Shown here in pieces: positions 32,686 through 43,354 of a DNA stretch of 64,000 nucleotides. Both the position numbers and the translations under genes were made by a program. This stretch comes from an uncultured Methanoregulaceae archaeon (GTDB taxonomy: Archaea; Halobacteriota; Methanomicrobia; Methanomicrobiales; Methanospirillaceae): assembly GCA_963701095.1 (NCBI GenBank), contig OY969564.1, forward strand, positions 1,472,001 to 1,536,000. Reading direction: 5' to 3'. Every line of letters begins with the position of its first letter. The stretch's first letter is position 1. The notes under the pieces are model-generated. The model did no database searches, was not told the DNA's origin, and worked only from the letters and a program-made list of their open reading frames with translations.

Positions 32686-33290
32686 TCGAATACGGAATCA
32701 ATAAAAAAGGAGCCAGGCTCCAGGTATTTGAACCAGTAACATTAGGGTTTCCCTCCCGGGAATTTATTGGAAAATCGGAATTTTCCGGGACGACAATTGG
32801 AAACGATGCTATACTCCGTTCGGGTACCATTATCTATTGCGATGTAACTATCGGGAACCGGTTCCAGGCCGGGCACAATGTGCTCATCCGTGAAAAAACC
32901 CGTATCGGGGATCACGTTTCCGTCGGCACAGGGGTTATCATCGAAGGGAACACGATCCTTGGGGATGAAGTTAATCTCCAGAGTATGGTCTACATTCCAA
33001 CCAATACTGTGATAAAGGACCACGTATTCATTGGTCCAAATGCCGTTTTAACCAACGACCGGTACCCCCCATCGGGTATCGGCGGACTTGTTGCTCCCAT
33101 AATAGAAAACCATGCAGCCATTGGGGCAAATTCTACTATTCTTCCCGGTATTCACATTGGCGAAGGGGCCCTTGTTGCAGCTGGTGCAATTGTAACCCGG
33201 GATGTGCCGCCGCATAAACTTGCTGTTGGTGCGCCAGCAAAAATTCGGGATCTACCCTCAGCACTGATAAAAAAGAATTCTGAAAATTAA
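32682..33290 (+). CDS. Hexapeptide-repeat acyltransferase
   Basis: FIGPNAVLTNDRYP, IGANSTILPG, GAPAK. Confidence 0.88.
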   Translation: MIEYGINKKGARLQVFEPVTLGFPSREFIGKSEFSGTTIGNDAILRSGTIIYCDVTIGNRFQAGHNVLIREKTRIGDHVSVGTGVIIEGNTILGDEVNLQSMVYIPTNTVIKDHVFIGPNAVLTNDRYPPSGIGGLVAPIIENHAAIGANSTILPGIHIGEGALVAAGAIVTRDVPPHKLAVGAPAKIRDLPSALIKKNSEN

Positions 33291-33345
33291 TATAACCGGG
33301 TGAAACTTATCATTTGCCAGTAAACCCGGAAAATACGTGATTATT

Positions 33346-34488
33346 ATGAAAATTCTCCTTGTGTCCACTCAAGACTATATCCACCATCCTATTCCCTCGC
33401 GACACCATTATATTTTCGAGGAACTCGCTCTTCGTCACGAGGTACATGTGGCCCATTTTCATGTAAGCCGCGGCGAGGCCAGACCAACCCGGCTTATCGT
33501 TGAAGAAGCAACACTATTCCCGACAAAAAACCCTCTCCTCCATTATACCCTCAATGCCCCGTACCACTACTATATTTTCGATAAGATCATCAAGGAAAAC
33601 AAGATCGATGTCGTGGTTGCAGCCCACGTCCTCGCTGGGATGGCCGTTATTTCCGCTGCAAAGCATCATAAAGTACCGGTTGTTTTCGATCTCAAAGACT
33701 GGTTCCCGGATTCAGCCGCAGCTTACTTTAAAAACCGTTATATTGCCCAATGCGTCAGGAACGGGGTTTGGGAGATCACACGGAGAAACCTTTCACGAAG
33801 CGACAGGATAACAACGGTCTCTCCTTCGCTCGTGGCAAAACTCAAAGGACTTGGATTTTCCTCAGATCTTATCACAAATGGCGTCAACACGGAACTTTTT
33901 GTACCACAAGACGGATCACCAACCCGGCATGAGCTGGGGATAAACGATGACGATTTCGTTATCGGTTTTTCAGGGAGTGTCGAACGCTGGTACGCGATTG
34001 ACGAGATGATCCGGGCACTTCCTGAATTGATCCGGTACCGTGAGAGGATATGTCTCCTTGTAATAGGAGGATCCCTTTTTACCGATTATGAGAAAGAACT
34101 CAGGCAGCTTGCTGAATCACTCGGTGTTTCCAAGCACATTATTTTTACGGGAACAAAGCCCTATGCAGAATTGCCCCGGTATATAGCCTGTATGGATATC
34201 GGCACAATACCTCTTTCTCCACCGCAATGGGTGGACATAGCGCTACCCAACAAGTTTTTTGAGTACTCTGCCTGTGGAAAACCGATCCTGATGCGTCCGA
34301 TCCCGGATGTCACTCGTATCGGTGCGCCAAACCTCTTCGTATACAGGACACAGGAAGAATTCATAACACAGGTTAAAAGACTGATGGAAAAACCAGTAAC
34401 TTTCCGTATCGACCTTGAAAACTATAGCTGGAAAGAGAAAGCACGCCAGTTTGAATCCATATTATCGGACCTTTGTGCGAAAAATTAA
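33346..34488 (+). CDS. Glycosyltransferase, GT4 (GT-B fold)
   Basis: ITNGV, PNKFFEYSACGKPI, YSW. Confidence 0.9.
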   Translation: MKILLVSTQDYIHHPIPSRHHYIFEELALRHEVHVAHFHVSRGEARPTRLIVEEATLFPTKNPLLHYTLNAPYHYYIFDKIIKENKIDVVVAAHVLAGMAVISAAKHHKVPVVFDLKDWFPDSAAAYFKNRYIAQCVRNGVWEITRRNLSRSDRITTVSPSLVAKLKGLGFSSDLITNGVNTELFVPQDGSPTRHELGINDDDFVIGFSGSVERWYAIDEMIRALPELIRYRERICLLVIGGSLFTDYEKELRQLAESLGVSKHIIFTGTKPYAELPRYIACMDIGTIPLSPPQWVDIALPNKFFEYSACGKPILMRPIPDVTRIGAPNLFVYRTQEEFITQVKRLMEKPVTFRIDLENYSWKEKARQFESILSDLCAKN

Positions 34489-34561
34489 TTAAATTTTTAA
34501 TACCTTGACCTAACCGCCCGTGCCATAATATTTCTATACTGAAATAGACTCATTCACTTGT

Positions 34562-34855
34562 ATGCTCGCAGAAGAGATCACCCTTGGCATGAGGGTCAGG
34601 TATCCCCGTACCGGAACTACTGGATCGGTGGTCCGTTTTGAGCAGGTAGCGGGAAACCCGTTTGCTGAACTGGATAGTACCCACCTTCTCTATAGTATTG
34701 ATCTGTTAATCCCCGCTGACCAGGCAAAAAAATCAACGACCTCTCTAAAGGAAGATGCAAAAGAAATCATCCGGCGTGAACGCGAATTTGCAGCAGGAAG
34801 CGAACTGCAGGAAGCCCTCAAAAACATAGACCAGAGCTGCGAAGGTGGGGGTTAA
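34562..34855 (+). CDS. DUF2098-like methanogen protein
   Basis: VRYPRTGTTG N-terminus; C-terminal CEGGG. Confidence 0.75.
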   Translation: MLAEEITLGMRVRYPRTGTTGSVVRFEQVAGNPFAELDSTHLLYSIDLLIPADQAKKSTTSLKEDAKEIIRREREFAAGSELQEALKNIDQSCEGGG

Positions 34856-34999
34856 TCCATGACGAACTTGTATCCTTGGAAAAAGGAGATATGAATATTT
34901 TTCCCATACGTAATAAACGAGGGGATCCGGAGAAACCGCCTTTTTCGGGTTATGTATAAGTATGCCTATTAGATATAGGATAAGGAGGTTCGATTTCGT

Positions 35000-36235
35000 T
35001 TGCATGATGTGACAATCCCCAGTGTGAATATAGGGGTGGTGGGCCATGTGGACCACGGGAAAACCACGCTCGTCAATGCGCTAACCGGGACCTGGACGGA
35101 CCGGCATAGTGAAGAAGTCAGGCGCGGCATTTCTATCCGACTGGGTTATGCCGATGCAACATTCTATAAATGCGGGCACTGCGAGGGCCCTGACGCCTAT
35201 TCAACAACGCCAATATGCCCGGTCTGCGGCGGAGAGGGGACTCCTTTTCGGTCTGTTTCCTTTGTAGATGCACCCGGGCATGAAACCCTGATGGCGACGA
35301 TGTTGTCGGGCTCGGCGCTGATGGACGGAGCGATGCTGGTTATTACTACTACGGAAAAATGCCCCCAGCCCCAGACAAAAGAGCACCTCATGGCTTTGGG
35401 ACTTGTCGGTATCAAAAAGATCGTAATTGTCCAAAACAAGATCGATGTCGTCTCCCAGAAAGAGGCAGTTGACAATTACAACCAGATCAAGGCATTTGTT
35501 AAAGGAACCGTTGCCGAGAACGCTCCCATCATTCCTGTTTCAGCCCAGAAAGGGATCAATATGGGCGCGTTAGTACAGGCTTTGGACCTGACAATTCCCG
35601 AACCTGTCCGCGACCCAACAGCAGAACCTGTCATGCTGGTTGCACGATCCTTCGATATCAACAAACCCGGCTGCAACTGGAAGGAAGTAAAGGGAGGAGT
35701 CGTTGGAGGGTCTCTTATCCGGGGCATCCTCCACGACGGCGACCCAATTGAAATCCGGCCAGGCCGACAGACACAGATCGAAAACAGGATCAAATGGATC
35801 CCTATCATTACGGAGATCACCTCGATTAATGCTGGTACAAAAACGGTAAAAGAGGCGACCCCGGGGGGTCTCCTCGGTGTGGGAACCAAACTTGACCCGG
35901 CACTTACGAAAAGTGATGCGCTTGCGGGCCAGGTAGTAGGTCATGTCGGCAAACTGCCACCCGTATGGGACAAAATCAAATGTCAGGTGACCCTGATGGA
36001 AAGGGTTGTCGGTTCAACAAGTGAACTGATCATCGAACCCCTGAAATACAACGAACCCCTTATGCTTTCCGTCGGCACTGCAGTCACCGTAGGGGTGGTT
36101 ACGAGTACCAAGAAAGAAGCGGTTGAAGTGCAGCTGAAGCGTCCGGTCTGTGCAGAGCAGGGAGCCAGGATCGCTATCAGCCGGCAGGTGGGAGCACGCT
36201 GGCGGTTAATCGGGATGGGAATCCTCAGCGAGTGA
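35000..36235 (+). CDS. eif2g: Translation initiation factor aIF2 gamma (TTG start)
   Basis: [36 protein letters not shown]. Confidence 0.98.
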   Translation: MHDVTIPSVNIGVVGHVDHGKTTLVNALTGTWTDRHSEEVRRGISIRLGYADATFYKCGHCEGPDAYSTTPICPVCGGEGTPFRSVSFVDAPGHETLMATMLSGSALMDGAMLVITTTEKCPQPQTKEHLMALGLVGIKKIVIVQNKIDVVSQKEAVDNYNQIKAFVKGTVAENAPIIPVSAQKGINMGALVQALDLTIPEPVRDPTAEPVMLVARSFDINKPGCNWKEVKGGVVGGSLIRGILHDGDPIEIRPGRQTQIENRIKWIPIITEITSINAGTKTVKEATPGGLLGVGTKLDPALTKSDALAGQVVGHVGKLPPVWDKIKCQVTLMERVVGSTSELIIEPLKYNEPLMLSVGTAVTVGVVTSTKKEAVEVQLKRPVCAEQGARIAISRQVGARWRLIGMGILSE

Positions 36236-36612
36236 AAGTCCTTCTGGACGCCAATGCACTCATGATGCCCGCGCAGTTCAGGATTGATCTCTTCAGTGAG
36301 ATCCGCGAATTGCTCGGAAGTTTTGAGCCGGTGGTCCTTCCGGGCGTGATGCAGGAACTGGTCGGACTGTCGAGGGCAAAAGGAAGTGAGGGCGCCGCTG
36401 CGCGGCTTGGCCTCGCGCTTGCCGGCCAATGCACGGTTGCAGAAGGCACCAGCAATCCCATACCGGTCGACGAACAGGTTATCTCCTGGGCAATGACCAA
36501 TGGCGGCATGGTGGTTACCAACGATCGCCGGGTCAGAGACGAACTGCTATCAAAAGGAATAGGGGTAATATCCATGAGAAAACAGAAAAAACTCGAGATA
36601 TTGCGAAGGTAG
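36232..36612 (+). CDS. PIN-domain protein (Fcf1/Utp24-like)
   Basis: [16 protein letters not shown]; conserved position after aIF2gamma. Confidence 0.9.
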   Translation: MKVLLDANALMMPAQFRIDLFSEIRELLGSFEPVVLPGVMQELVGLSRAKGSEGAAARLGLALAGQCTVAEGTSNPIPVDEQVISWAMTNGGMVVTNDRRVRDELLSKGIGVISMRKQKKLEILRR

Positions 36613-36619
36613 GCGGGTT

Positions 36620-37261
36620 ATGTATTACAAGATGACACTGGAAGACAAAGTCAGGGTGCCCCCCAACCGGCTGGGCGAAAAACTTGACAAGGTCATACTG
36701 GAAGTTCTTCAGGAACAGCTAGAGGGAAGCATCGACAAAGAACTGGGGGTCTTTATTGCCGTGACCAAGGTTGATCATGTCGGTGAAGGCGAGATTGTTC
36801 CGGGTGATGGTGGCGTATATTACGACGTGAAATTCGAAGGACTTGTCCTGAGGCTTGCCCTCCAGGAAGTCATAGAAGGTCTCGTAGTGGAAACAACAAG
36901 TTTCGGGGCATTTATAAGCCTTGGACCGATTGATGCCATGCTGCACGTAAGCCAGATCTCAGACGAATATATCAATTTCGATGAAAAAAATGCCCGACTT
37001 ATCTGCCAGGAGTCCAAACGATTTATTGGTGTTGGCGATACTGTAAGAGTCAGGGTAGTAACACTTTCGTTGAACGAGCGGGAACCACGAGATAGTAAGA
37101 TCGGCCTTACCATGCGACAGGCAGGACTTGGTACTTCGCTCTGGCTCGAAGAAGAGATTGAGAAAGAGAAAGAGAGGGCGGCTGCAGGGACAACGGGAAC
37201 CCCAAAAGAAAAACCGGAAAAGTCCAAGGGTAAGAGGAAAGAGCATGCCGCCAATGAATAA
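36620..37261 (+). CDS. rpoE1: RNA polymerase subunit Rpo7 (E')
   Basis: GEIVPGDG, FGAFISLGPIDAMLHVSQI, KIGLTMRQAGLG. Confidence 0.97.
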   Translation: MYYKMTLEDKVRVPPNRLGEKLDKVILEVLQEQLEGSIDKELGVFIAVTKVDHVGEGEIVPGDGGVYYDVKFEGLVLRLALQEVIEGLVVETTSFGAFISLGPIDAMLHVSQISDEYINFDEKNARLICQESKRFIGVGDTVRVRVVTLSLNEREPRDSKIGLTMRQAGLGTSLWLEEEIEKEKERAAAGTTGTPKEKPEKSKGKRKEHAANE

Positions 37262-37451
37262 AAAAAAGCAGGGAAAAGTCTGCCGGGACTGTCATCGTGT
37301 CGTAGATGGTGAAAACTGCGTAATTTGCGGAACGACCAATTTAAGTGACGACTGGTCAGGGTATCTTGTCATTATTGACCCGGAGAATTCTGATGTGGCA
37401 AAACGGATGAACATCAAACTGCCCGGGCGCTACGCGCTGAAGGTCAGGTGA
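37254..37451 (+). CDS. spt4: Transcription elongation factor Spt4 (RpoE'')
   Basis: CRDCH..CVICG..LSDDWSGYLVIIDPE..PGRYALKVR. Confidence 0.96.
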   Translation: MNKKKQGKVCRDCHRVVDGENCVICGTTNLSDDWSGYLVIIDPENSDVAKRMNIKLPGRYALKVR

Positions 37452-37943
37452 ATGTTTACCCTCCCGAAAGAGTCACGTAAACTCTTCAAGGAACCCTTCG
37501 GGATCCTCCACCGGAACATTGATACGATTCTCCCGGAGATTTCCGGATTAGCCGTTTATTCAGTGGGCGATGTAGTCACCCATACACTGCAGAAAAAAGG
37601 CATTACACCCTCGGTCGCTGTAGTCGACGGCCAGACCATGCGTTCTCCTTGTGTTAGAATGCCGGAGATCTCGGGTAAATGCATTCATGTAAAAAATCCC
37701 CCCGGGACTATAACAGATGAGCTGGTCAATGCACTTACCTTCGCGGTCGAGAATCCTCCGGTCACCATCATGGTGGAAGGAGAGGAAGACCTTGCGGTCA
37801 TCCCTCTCGTAATCGTTGCTCCTTTATCGTCCGTTGTACTCTACGGCCAGCCGAATGAAGGTATAGTGATTAGAAAAATTGATGAAACTGCAAAAACCGC
37901 AGCAAAAGAACTTCTCGGGCAGTTCACTATTATCAATAATTAA
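37452..37943 (+). CDS. GTP-dependent dephospho-CoA kinase (DUF359)
   Basis: VGDVVT, VDGQTMR, NPPGTIT, GEEDL, YGQPNEG. Confidence 0.92.
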   Translation: MFTLPKESRKLFKEPFGILHRNIDTILPEISGLAVYSVGDVVTHTLQKKGITPSVAVVDGQTMRSPCVRMPEISGKCIHVKNPPGTITDELVNALTFAVENPPVTIMVEGEEDLAVIPLVIVAPLSSVVLYGQPNEGIVIRKIDETAKTAAKELLGQFTIINN

Positions 37944-38050
37944 TTAAAAATTCAGAAAATATTCTCTTTTGATCTATAAAATCATTCCACGGTTTCCTGA
38001 AGATAGGTCATGTTTTAAATAACACGATTTCCAATAATTACAGGATATCG

Positions 38051-38350
38051 ATGGACTTTAAAATCGAGAGCGATAAAAGAAATGAACTTTTATCACGGAG
38101 AGAAATTCAGTTTACTCTTACATACGATGGAGCTACACCTTCCCGTATGCAGGTTACCGGTAAACTCTGCGCCCTGCTTAATGCAAAAGAACCGCAGGTC
38201 GTCCTTGACAGCCTGAAAAGCAATTTCGGTAAGACGATGATCAACGGCAAAGCGCGCGTGTATGATACTGAAGAGGCCAAGAAGAAAACCGAACACCCAT
38301 TCCTTTCTGCACGAGGTTTGCCAAAACCCAAAGAAGAAGGAGCGGCCTAA
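38051..38350 (+). CDS. rps24e: 30S ribosomal protein S24e
   Basis: [20 protein letters not shown]. Confidence 0.96.
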   Translation: MDFKIESDKRNELLSRREIQFTLTYDGATPSRMQVTGKLCALLNAKEPQVVLDSLKSNFGKTMINGKARVYDTEEAKKKTEHPFLSARGLPKPKEEGAA

Positions 38351-38352
38351 CC

Positions 38353-38535
38353 ATGGCTGCAGCAAAGAAAGCCGCGGCAAAAGGTCCGAAACGCAGTGCA
38401 TTTTTCAAAGTTGAAGGCAACAATGTCACCACCACTAAAAAATATTGTCCCCGCTGTGGTCCTGGCGTTGTGATGGCTGATCATAAGGATCGGATTGCCT
38501 GTGGAAAGTGCGGATACACCGAATTCAAGAAATAA
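38353..38535 (+). CDS. rps27ae: 30S ribosomal protein S27ae
   Basis: [27 protein letters not shown]. Confidence 0.97.
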   Translation: MAAAKKAAAKGPKRSAFFKVEGNNVTTTKKYCPRCGPGVVMADHKDRIACGKCGYTEFKK

Positions 38536-38541
38536 GCGCTG

Positions 38542-40125
38542 ATGCCTGAATTTGGGCAGATACTGGGCATTGAGGGAACAGCATGGAACCTCAGTGCTGC
38601 TCTTTTTGATCGTGATCTTCTTGCCCTTTGTTCCCGTCCCTATCTACCAGAACAGGGAGGAATCCACCCGCGCGAGGCTGCACAGCACCATGCGTCAGCA
38701 ATGAAGGAGGTAATCGGCTCTATTCTTAAACAGCCGGATAAAGTAACAGGGATTGCGTTTTCACAAGGACCGGGACTCGGACCCTGCCTGAGAACAGTAG
38801 CGACGGCTGCACGATCACTTGCTCTTGCGCTTAATGTCCCTCTTATTGGCGTCAACCATTGTGTTGCCCATGTTGAGATCGGGAGCTGGGCAACGGGTTG
38901 TCGGGATCCGATTGTGCTGTATGCAAGCGGGGCAAACACTCAGGTCATTGGATATTTAAACGGACGATACCGCATCTTTGGTGAAACTCTCGACATTGGC
39001 ATAGGAAACGCCCTTGATAAGTTTGCACGCGCAAAAAATCTCCCTCATCCCGGGGGGCCACTCATTGAAGCCCAAGCAAAATCCGGAAAATACTTCGAAC
39101 TTCCTTACACGGTAAAAGGCATGGATCTTGCATTTTCCGGACTTGTCTCTGCAGCAAAAGATTCGAAAAAACCACTTGCCGACGTATGCGCCAGCCTTCA
39201 GGAAACTGCGTTTGCAATGTGTGTAGAGGTAACAGAAAGGGCGCTCTCGCTCACCGGAAAATGCGAGGTGCTTCTCGTGGGCGGCGTTGGAGCAAATGCG
39301 CGTCTCCAGGAAATGCTGAAAACCATGTGCGAAGAACGGGATGCACAGTTTTTCGTCCCCGAACGAAAATATCTCGGAGATAATGGCGCTATGATCGCAT
39401 ATACAGGAAAATTAATGCTCGAAAGTGGCCAGTCGTCAGCCATAGAAAAGTCACAGGTCAACCCTTCATTCCGTTCAGATGAGGTTGAGGTAACCTGGAA
39501 GCATGAAGTAGTATGTGACGCGGATCCCGGAAAAATAAGCAGTGACGGCCAGAAACGTGGTGCTGAAGCTGTCGTCAGTTTCAGAAATGGTCGCGCAATC
39601 AAGCAACGTCTTACGAAGCAATACCGGGCCCCCTCTCTTGATAGAAAACTGATCATGGAAAGAACACGAGCAGAGGCACGCCTTATCCACGCGGCCCGGA
39701 AGGGCGGCGTTCCTACTCCAATCATGATCGATATAACCCACGACTCAATTGTTATGGAAGAAATTACCGGTACCATTCTCACCTGCGCCCTCACTGAGGC
39801 TCATTGCGAAGAGGCAGGACGGATGGTCGGACGGCTACATAAGGCCTGCATTATGCATGGGGATCTGACTACCAGCAACATGATCCTGAGTGACAGAGAC
39901 GGCAGATGTGTGCTTATCGACTTTGGTCTTGCACAGGCAACTTCAGAAATCGAGCAACGAGGCGTCGATATTCATGTCCTTTTCCAGACTCTTGAAAGTA
40001 CAAATCCTCAAAAAGCCAGTGTTTTCAAATCTGCATTTATCCAGGGATATACGCAAACGTTTAATCAGGCAGCTGATGTCCTTACCCGAGAGCATGAGAT
40101 CGAACTCAGGGGTAGGTACTTGTGA
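38542..40125 (+). CDS. kae1: Bifunctional Kae1-Bud32 (KEOPS, t6A synthesis)
   Basis: LGIEGTAW, GGIHPRE, HCVAH, DNGAMIA; kinase domain HGDLTTSN, IDFGL; ends RGRYL. Confidence 0.97.
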   Translation: MPEFGQILGIEGTAWNLSAALFDRDLLALCSRPYLPEQGGIHPREAAQHHASAMKEVIGSILKQPDKVTGIAFSQGPGLGPCLRTVATAARSLALALNVPLIGVNHCVAHVEIGSWATGCRDPIVLYASGANTQVIGYLNGRYRIFGETLDIGIGNALDKFARAKNLPHPGGPLIEAQAKSGKYFELPYTVKGMDLAFSGLVSAAKDSKKPLADVCASLQETAFAMCVEVTERALSLTGKCEVLLVGGVGANARLQEMLKTMCEERDAQFFVPERKYLGDNGAMIAYTGKLMLESGQSSAIEKSQVNPSFRSDEVEVTWKHEVVCDADPGKISSDGQKRGAEAVVSFRNGRAIKQRLTKQYRAPSLDRKLIMERTRAEARLIHAARKGGVPTPIMIDITHDSIVMEEITGTILTCALTEAHCEEAGRMVGRLHKACIMHGDLTTSNMILSDRDGRCVLIDFGLAQATSEIEQRGVDIHVLFQTLESTNPQKASVFKSAFIQGYTQTFNQAADVLTREHEIELRGRYL

Positions 40126-40700
40126 GCCGGTCCCTGACTATGGTCACCAGTAATGCCCATAAAGCGCAAGAAGTGGCAGCATTTTTTGGCCAGTCTATCA
40201 AATTCCACCATATTGCGCTCGATATTCCGGAACTGCGTTCAGATGATATAGAAGAGATAGCCCGCGAGAAAGCCAGGTACGCTTATAATCATCTCCACCG
40301 GCCGCTTATTGTCGACGACACTTCCTTTTCCATCGACGCACTCAACGGGTTTCCAGGACCTTACGCGGCCTATGTGCTAAAAACAATTGGTAACAAGGGT
40401 ATCCTGAAGATTATGGAAGGCTTCCCTGATCGAAAAGCTCACTTTACTACGGCTATAGCTTTTGCCGATGATAAAGGAATTTTCGTGTTTTCGGGTATGA
40501 TTGAAGGCAATGTTATTACTGAGCCGCGGGGGAGGGAAGGGTTTGGTTACGATCCGGTTTTTGAGGTACGAGGGAAGACTCTTGCTGAAATCCCTCTCGA
40601 AGAGAAAAGCGCCATCTCTCACCGGGCACGAGCACTTATGACATTTCGTGATTGGTTCATGAAGAATAGAAATGATAGTGAAACCGATACAAACCGTTAA
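40122..40700 (+). CDS. rdgB: Non-canonical purine NTP pyrophosphatase (RdgB/HAM1)
   Basis: TSNAHK, LNGFPGPY, GFGYDPVF, SHRARA. Confidence 0.95.
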   Translation: MSRSLTMVTSNAHKAQEVAAFFGQSIKFHHIALDIPELRSDDIEEIAREKARYAYNHLHRPLIVDDTSFSIDALNGFPGPYAAYVLKTIGNKGILKIMEGFPDRKAHFTTAIAFADDKGIFVFSGMIEGNVITEPRGREGFGYDPVFEVRGKTLAEIPLEEKSAISHRARALMTFRDWFMKNRNDSETDTNR

Positions 40701-40745
40701 AAGATCAAAGAACATTGTTATAAGGGCAGACAGGAGTATATTTCC

Positions 40746-40892
40746 ATGGCAAAATTCCCTGAAGCCGAAGCTCGTTTACTCAACGTGAAAATATGTATGC
40801 ATTGCAATGCACGCAATGCAATTCGTGCAACGACATGCCGCAAATGCGGGTACAAAAACCTGCGGCCGAAAAACAAGGAGCGGAAAGCATAA
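40746..40892 (+). CDS. rpl40e: 50S ribosomal protein L40e (48 aa, not in ORF track)
   Basis: [48 protein letters not shown]. Confidence 0.97.
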   Translation: MAKFPEAEARLLNVKICMHCNARNAIRATTCRKCGYKNLRPKNKERKA

Positions 40893-40946
40893 TTGATTTT
40901 CATTGAAAATACAATCGTTCTTTTTTCACTACTTGTGTAAAAAAAT

Positions 40947-41597
40947 TTATGCTGAATAGTATGTGACCCGTTTGCCTTTCTGAGCATATTCTCCGGCAAA
41001 TGTCTCGAGATTACGTTTATACCCGATACGGTCAACGAATCCGAGATGGCGCAAATTCTCACGCACACGCATCACATCCGGTTCGTCAGCCCAGTCTTTT
41101 GTATAAATATAAATGACGCGACGACTATCCCGGGAATCCGGGTTGGGTTTAGCTGTACTAACTTTTGCAGAAATACCAAGCTCATGAGTTATTGTTGCGT
41201 CCCGCACTTTTTTCCATGAATCATCTGCCTCATCGGGATCCTGGAAGATCAACCATTTGCCAGCATGTTCATCCTCAATCGCCTCGGGAGCGCTCCCAGG
41301 TGCATCCTGCACGATCCAATACATCTGTGTCGTTTTGGAAGGGACTACACCTTCGCCTTCACAAAGCATCCGGTAGATTGTTTCGACCGGACCAAAACGG
41401 TCAAGGAGCGCCTTTGCGAGTTGAGGGTACTCCTCGGTAAACTGTCCGACTGTCTCGTTAAGGTCTTTTGTGAAGTCAACGCCTCCCTCAACTAATGCAT
41501 AAAGATACTTTCCCTGAGTCTGAAGTCTCCGGGTGAGAAGGTGATCGAAAATGCCGTATGCCACATCAGCCAGAGCCTCGGAATCGACTTCATCCAT
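40947..41597 (-). CDS. DUF1917 / Bles03-like domain protein
   Basis: GKWLIF, LGISAKVST, VIYIYTKDW.D..DVMRV...LR.LG...IGYK. Confidence 0.75.
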   Translation of the reverse strand: MDEVDSEALADVAYGIFDHLLTRRLQTQGKYLYALVEGGVDFTKDLNETVGQFTEEYPQLAKALLDRFGPVETIYRMLCEGEGVVPSKTTQMYWIVQDAPGSAPEAIEDEHAGKWLIFQDPDEADDSWKKVRDATITHELGISAKVSTAKPNPDSRDSRRVIYIYTKDWADEPDVMRVRENLRHLGFVDRIGYKRNLETFAGEYAQKGKRVTYYSA

Positions 41598-41777
41598 GTT
41601 GTACCCATCCGGTGTTATGTCGAAAAATAGTTTCTGCTTTTGTTCGAAGATTACCCGACAATTTCTTCATTTTTCCACATTATGACTGTCGAACTCCGAT
41701 CCTTGATTGCGTTTAAAGTCCTCCTGGTATCGCAATTTCAGAATCATTTATGCGGCAGCAACAGAAATGTACTGATT

Positions 41778-42669
41778 ATGGAATGGAAAAGGGATTGGAA
41801 TCTAACTACTAGAGTGTTACTGACAGGTTTTTTACTGTTCATCCTCTACCTCGTTTTTATGACGATTCTGGTAATATTCTTACCCGGGATCAGTATTTGG
41901 TTTATAATCGGTTTAGCAGTTGCAATGGCAGGCATCCAATATTTCTTTTCGGATAAACTGGTGCTCTGGAGTACGCATGCACGAATTGTAGCAAAAGATG
42001 AATATCCTGAACTTTATGCATCGGTTGAAAAATTGTCCCATGAAGCCGATCTGCCCATGCCAAAGGTTGCCATCATGCAGAGCCCGGTACCCAATGCATT
42101 TGCTACGGGTCGGAGCCCGAGGCATGCTGTAGTTGCCTGTACTGATTCTATTTTGCGTCTCCTGAATAAAGATGAACTTGAAGCGGTGCTCGCCCACGAA
42201 CTCTCTCATGTGAAAAACCGGGACATTCTCACGATGACTATGGCAAGTTTTGTTGCTATGATCGCATCGATGATTATGCAGAGTTTCTTTTTTACGGCTC
42301 TCTTTGGGGGTAATAATCGCGACAATGGCGCCGGGTGGATCCTCGTCTGGATTGCCTCGATCGTTGTTTATGCCATTAGTACCCTGCTCATGCTGGCACT
42401 CTCCCGGTACCGGGAATTTGCCGCAGACCGGGGAAGCGCACTCATGACACGAAATCCACAGGCGCTCATTTCAGCTTTAGGCAAAATTAGCGGTAGAATG
42501 GAAGTAGTCCCTCCCGAAGCGAAAGCGAAAATTGAAGGTGCCAATGCATTCTTTATCATTCCGGCGCTTTCTGGTAATACCCTCATGGAGTCTCTTCTCC
42601 ACTCACCCGCCCATAGAGAAAAGAATCGCAGCCCTTGAAAGGATCAGTGCAGAGATCCAGGAATATTGA
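41778..42669 (+). CDS. htpX: Zinc metalloprotease HtpX; +1 insertion at 42591
   Basis: PNAFATGR, HELSH, SRYREFAAD; removing T42591 restores ELFSTHP..EKRI. Confidence 0.95.
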
Positions 42670-42804
42670 TTCTGTCCATTTCATAGTCGCAGGATTTAAC
42701 TTTTTATAAACCCTACAATAAAACAGTAATAAAAGATGTTTGAATTTTTTTATGCGGGAGAAGCAAGCATTAATACACACCCCGCCAAAATTGTAGAGCG
42801 CAGT

Positions 42805-42875
42805 GCATCGATGGTCTAGAGGTATGACTTAGGCCTTCCAAGCCTATAGCCCGGGTTCGATTCCCGGTCGATGCA
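42805..42875 (+). tRNA. tRNA-Gly(TCC)
   Basis: Cloverleaf; acceptor GCATCGA/TCGATGC; anticodon arm TAGGC-CTTCCAA-GCCTA; GTTCGA T-loop. Confidence 0.96.
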
Positions 42876-42878
42876 TGA

Positions 42879-42952
42879 GGGCTCGTGGTCTAGTTGGCTA
42901 TGACGTCGCCTTCACACGGCGAAGATCTCGTGTTCGAATCACGACGGGCCCA
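42879..42952 (+). tRNA. tRNA-Val(CAC)
   Basis: Acceptor GGGCTCG/CGGGCCC; anticodon arm TCGCC-TTCACAC-GGCGA; GTTCGAA T-loop; T-run follows. Confidence 0.96.
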
Positions 42953-43076
42953 TATTTTTTGAACAGTTTCCTAAGAAAGATAGAGCCCGCTTCACGCCAC
43001 CTTATTCCTTTTGACTTCTTTTCCCTCTTTATAAGATCATTCTTAGCACTAGGAATTGGTGGTTCCTTAATCACTT

Positions 43077-43296
43077 GTTCCCCGGAAATTCGGAGGATAT
43101 TAGTGACAAATGCCAAATTAAATCAATATTTTCCAGTGGAAACAAAGGGGTATACATAGAGATCCATGATTTCTAAATAGGAAGTTATAGACCTCGCACA
43201 GGTCATTCTTGTCAAAAAGAAAGGCAAGATCGTGATTTCTGTCAATCACTCAAACGAAAAGAGGATGCCTTAAGGCCTGCAGGAAACTATGGAGAG
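43077..43296. promoter_or_regulatory. Candidate replication origin with ORB elements
   Basis: TTCCAGTGGAAACAAAGGGGT at 43131-43151 resembles the euryarchaeal ORB with G-string; weaker copies at 43077 and 43277. Confidence 0.55.
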
Positions 43297-43354
43297 CAGG
43301 CAGTACCGGATTAACCGGGATTTCTGCCTGGCTGAAAAATAATAAAATGATTGA

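Noticed and set aside
28579..40125. Duplicate glmU and Kae1-Bud32 fusion as novelties
   Set aside because: Both are common arrangements in methanogens.
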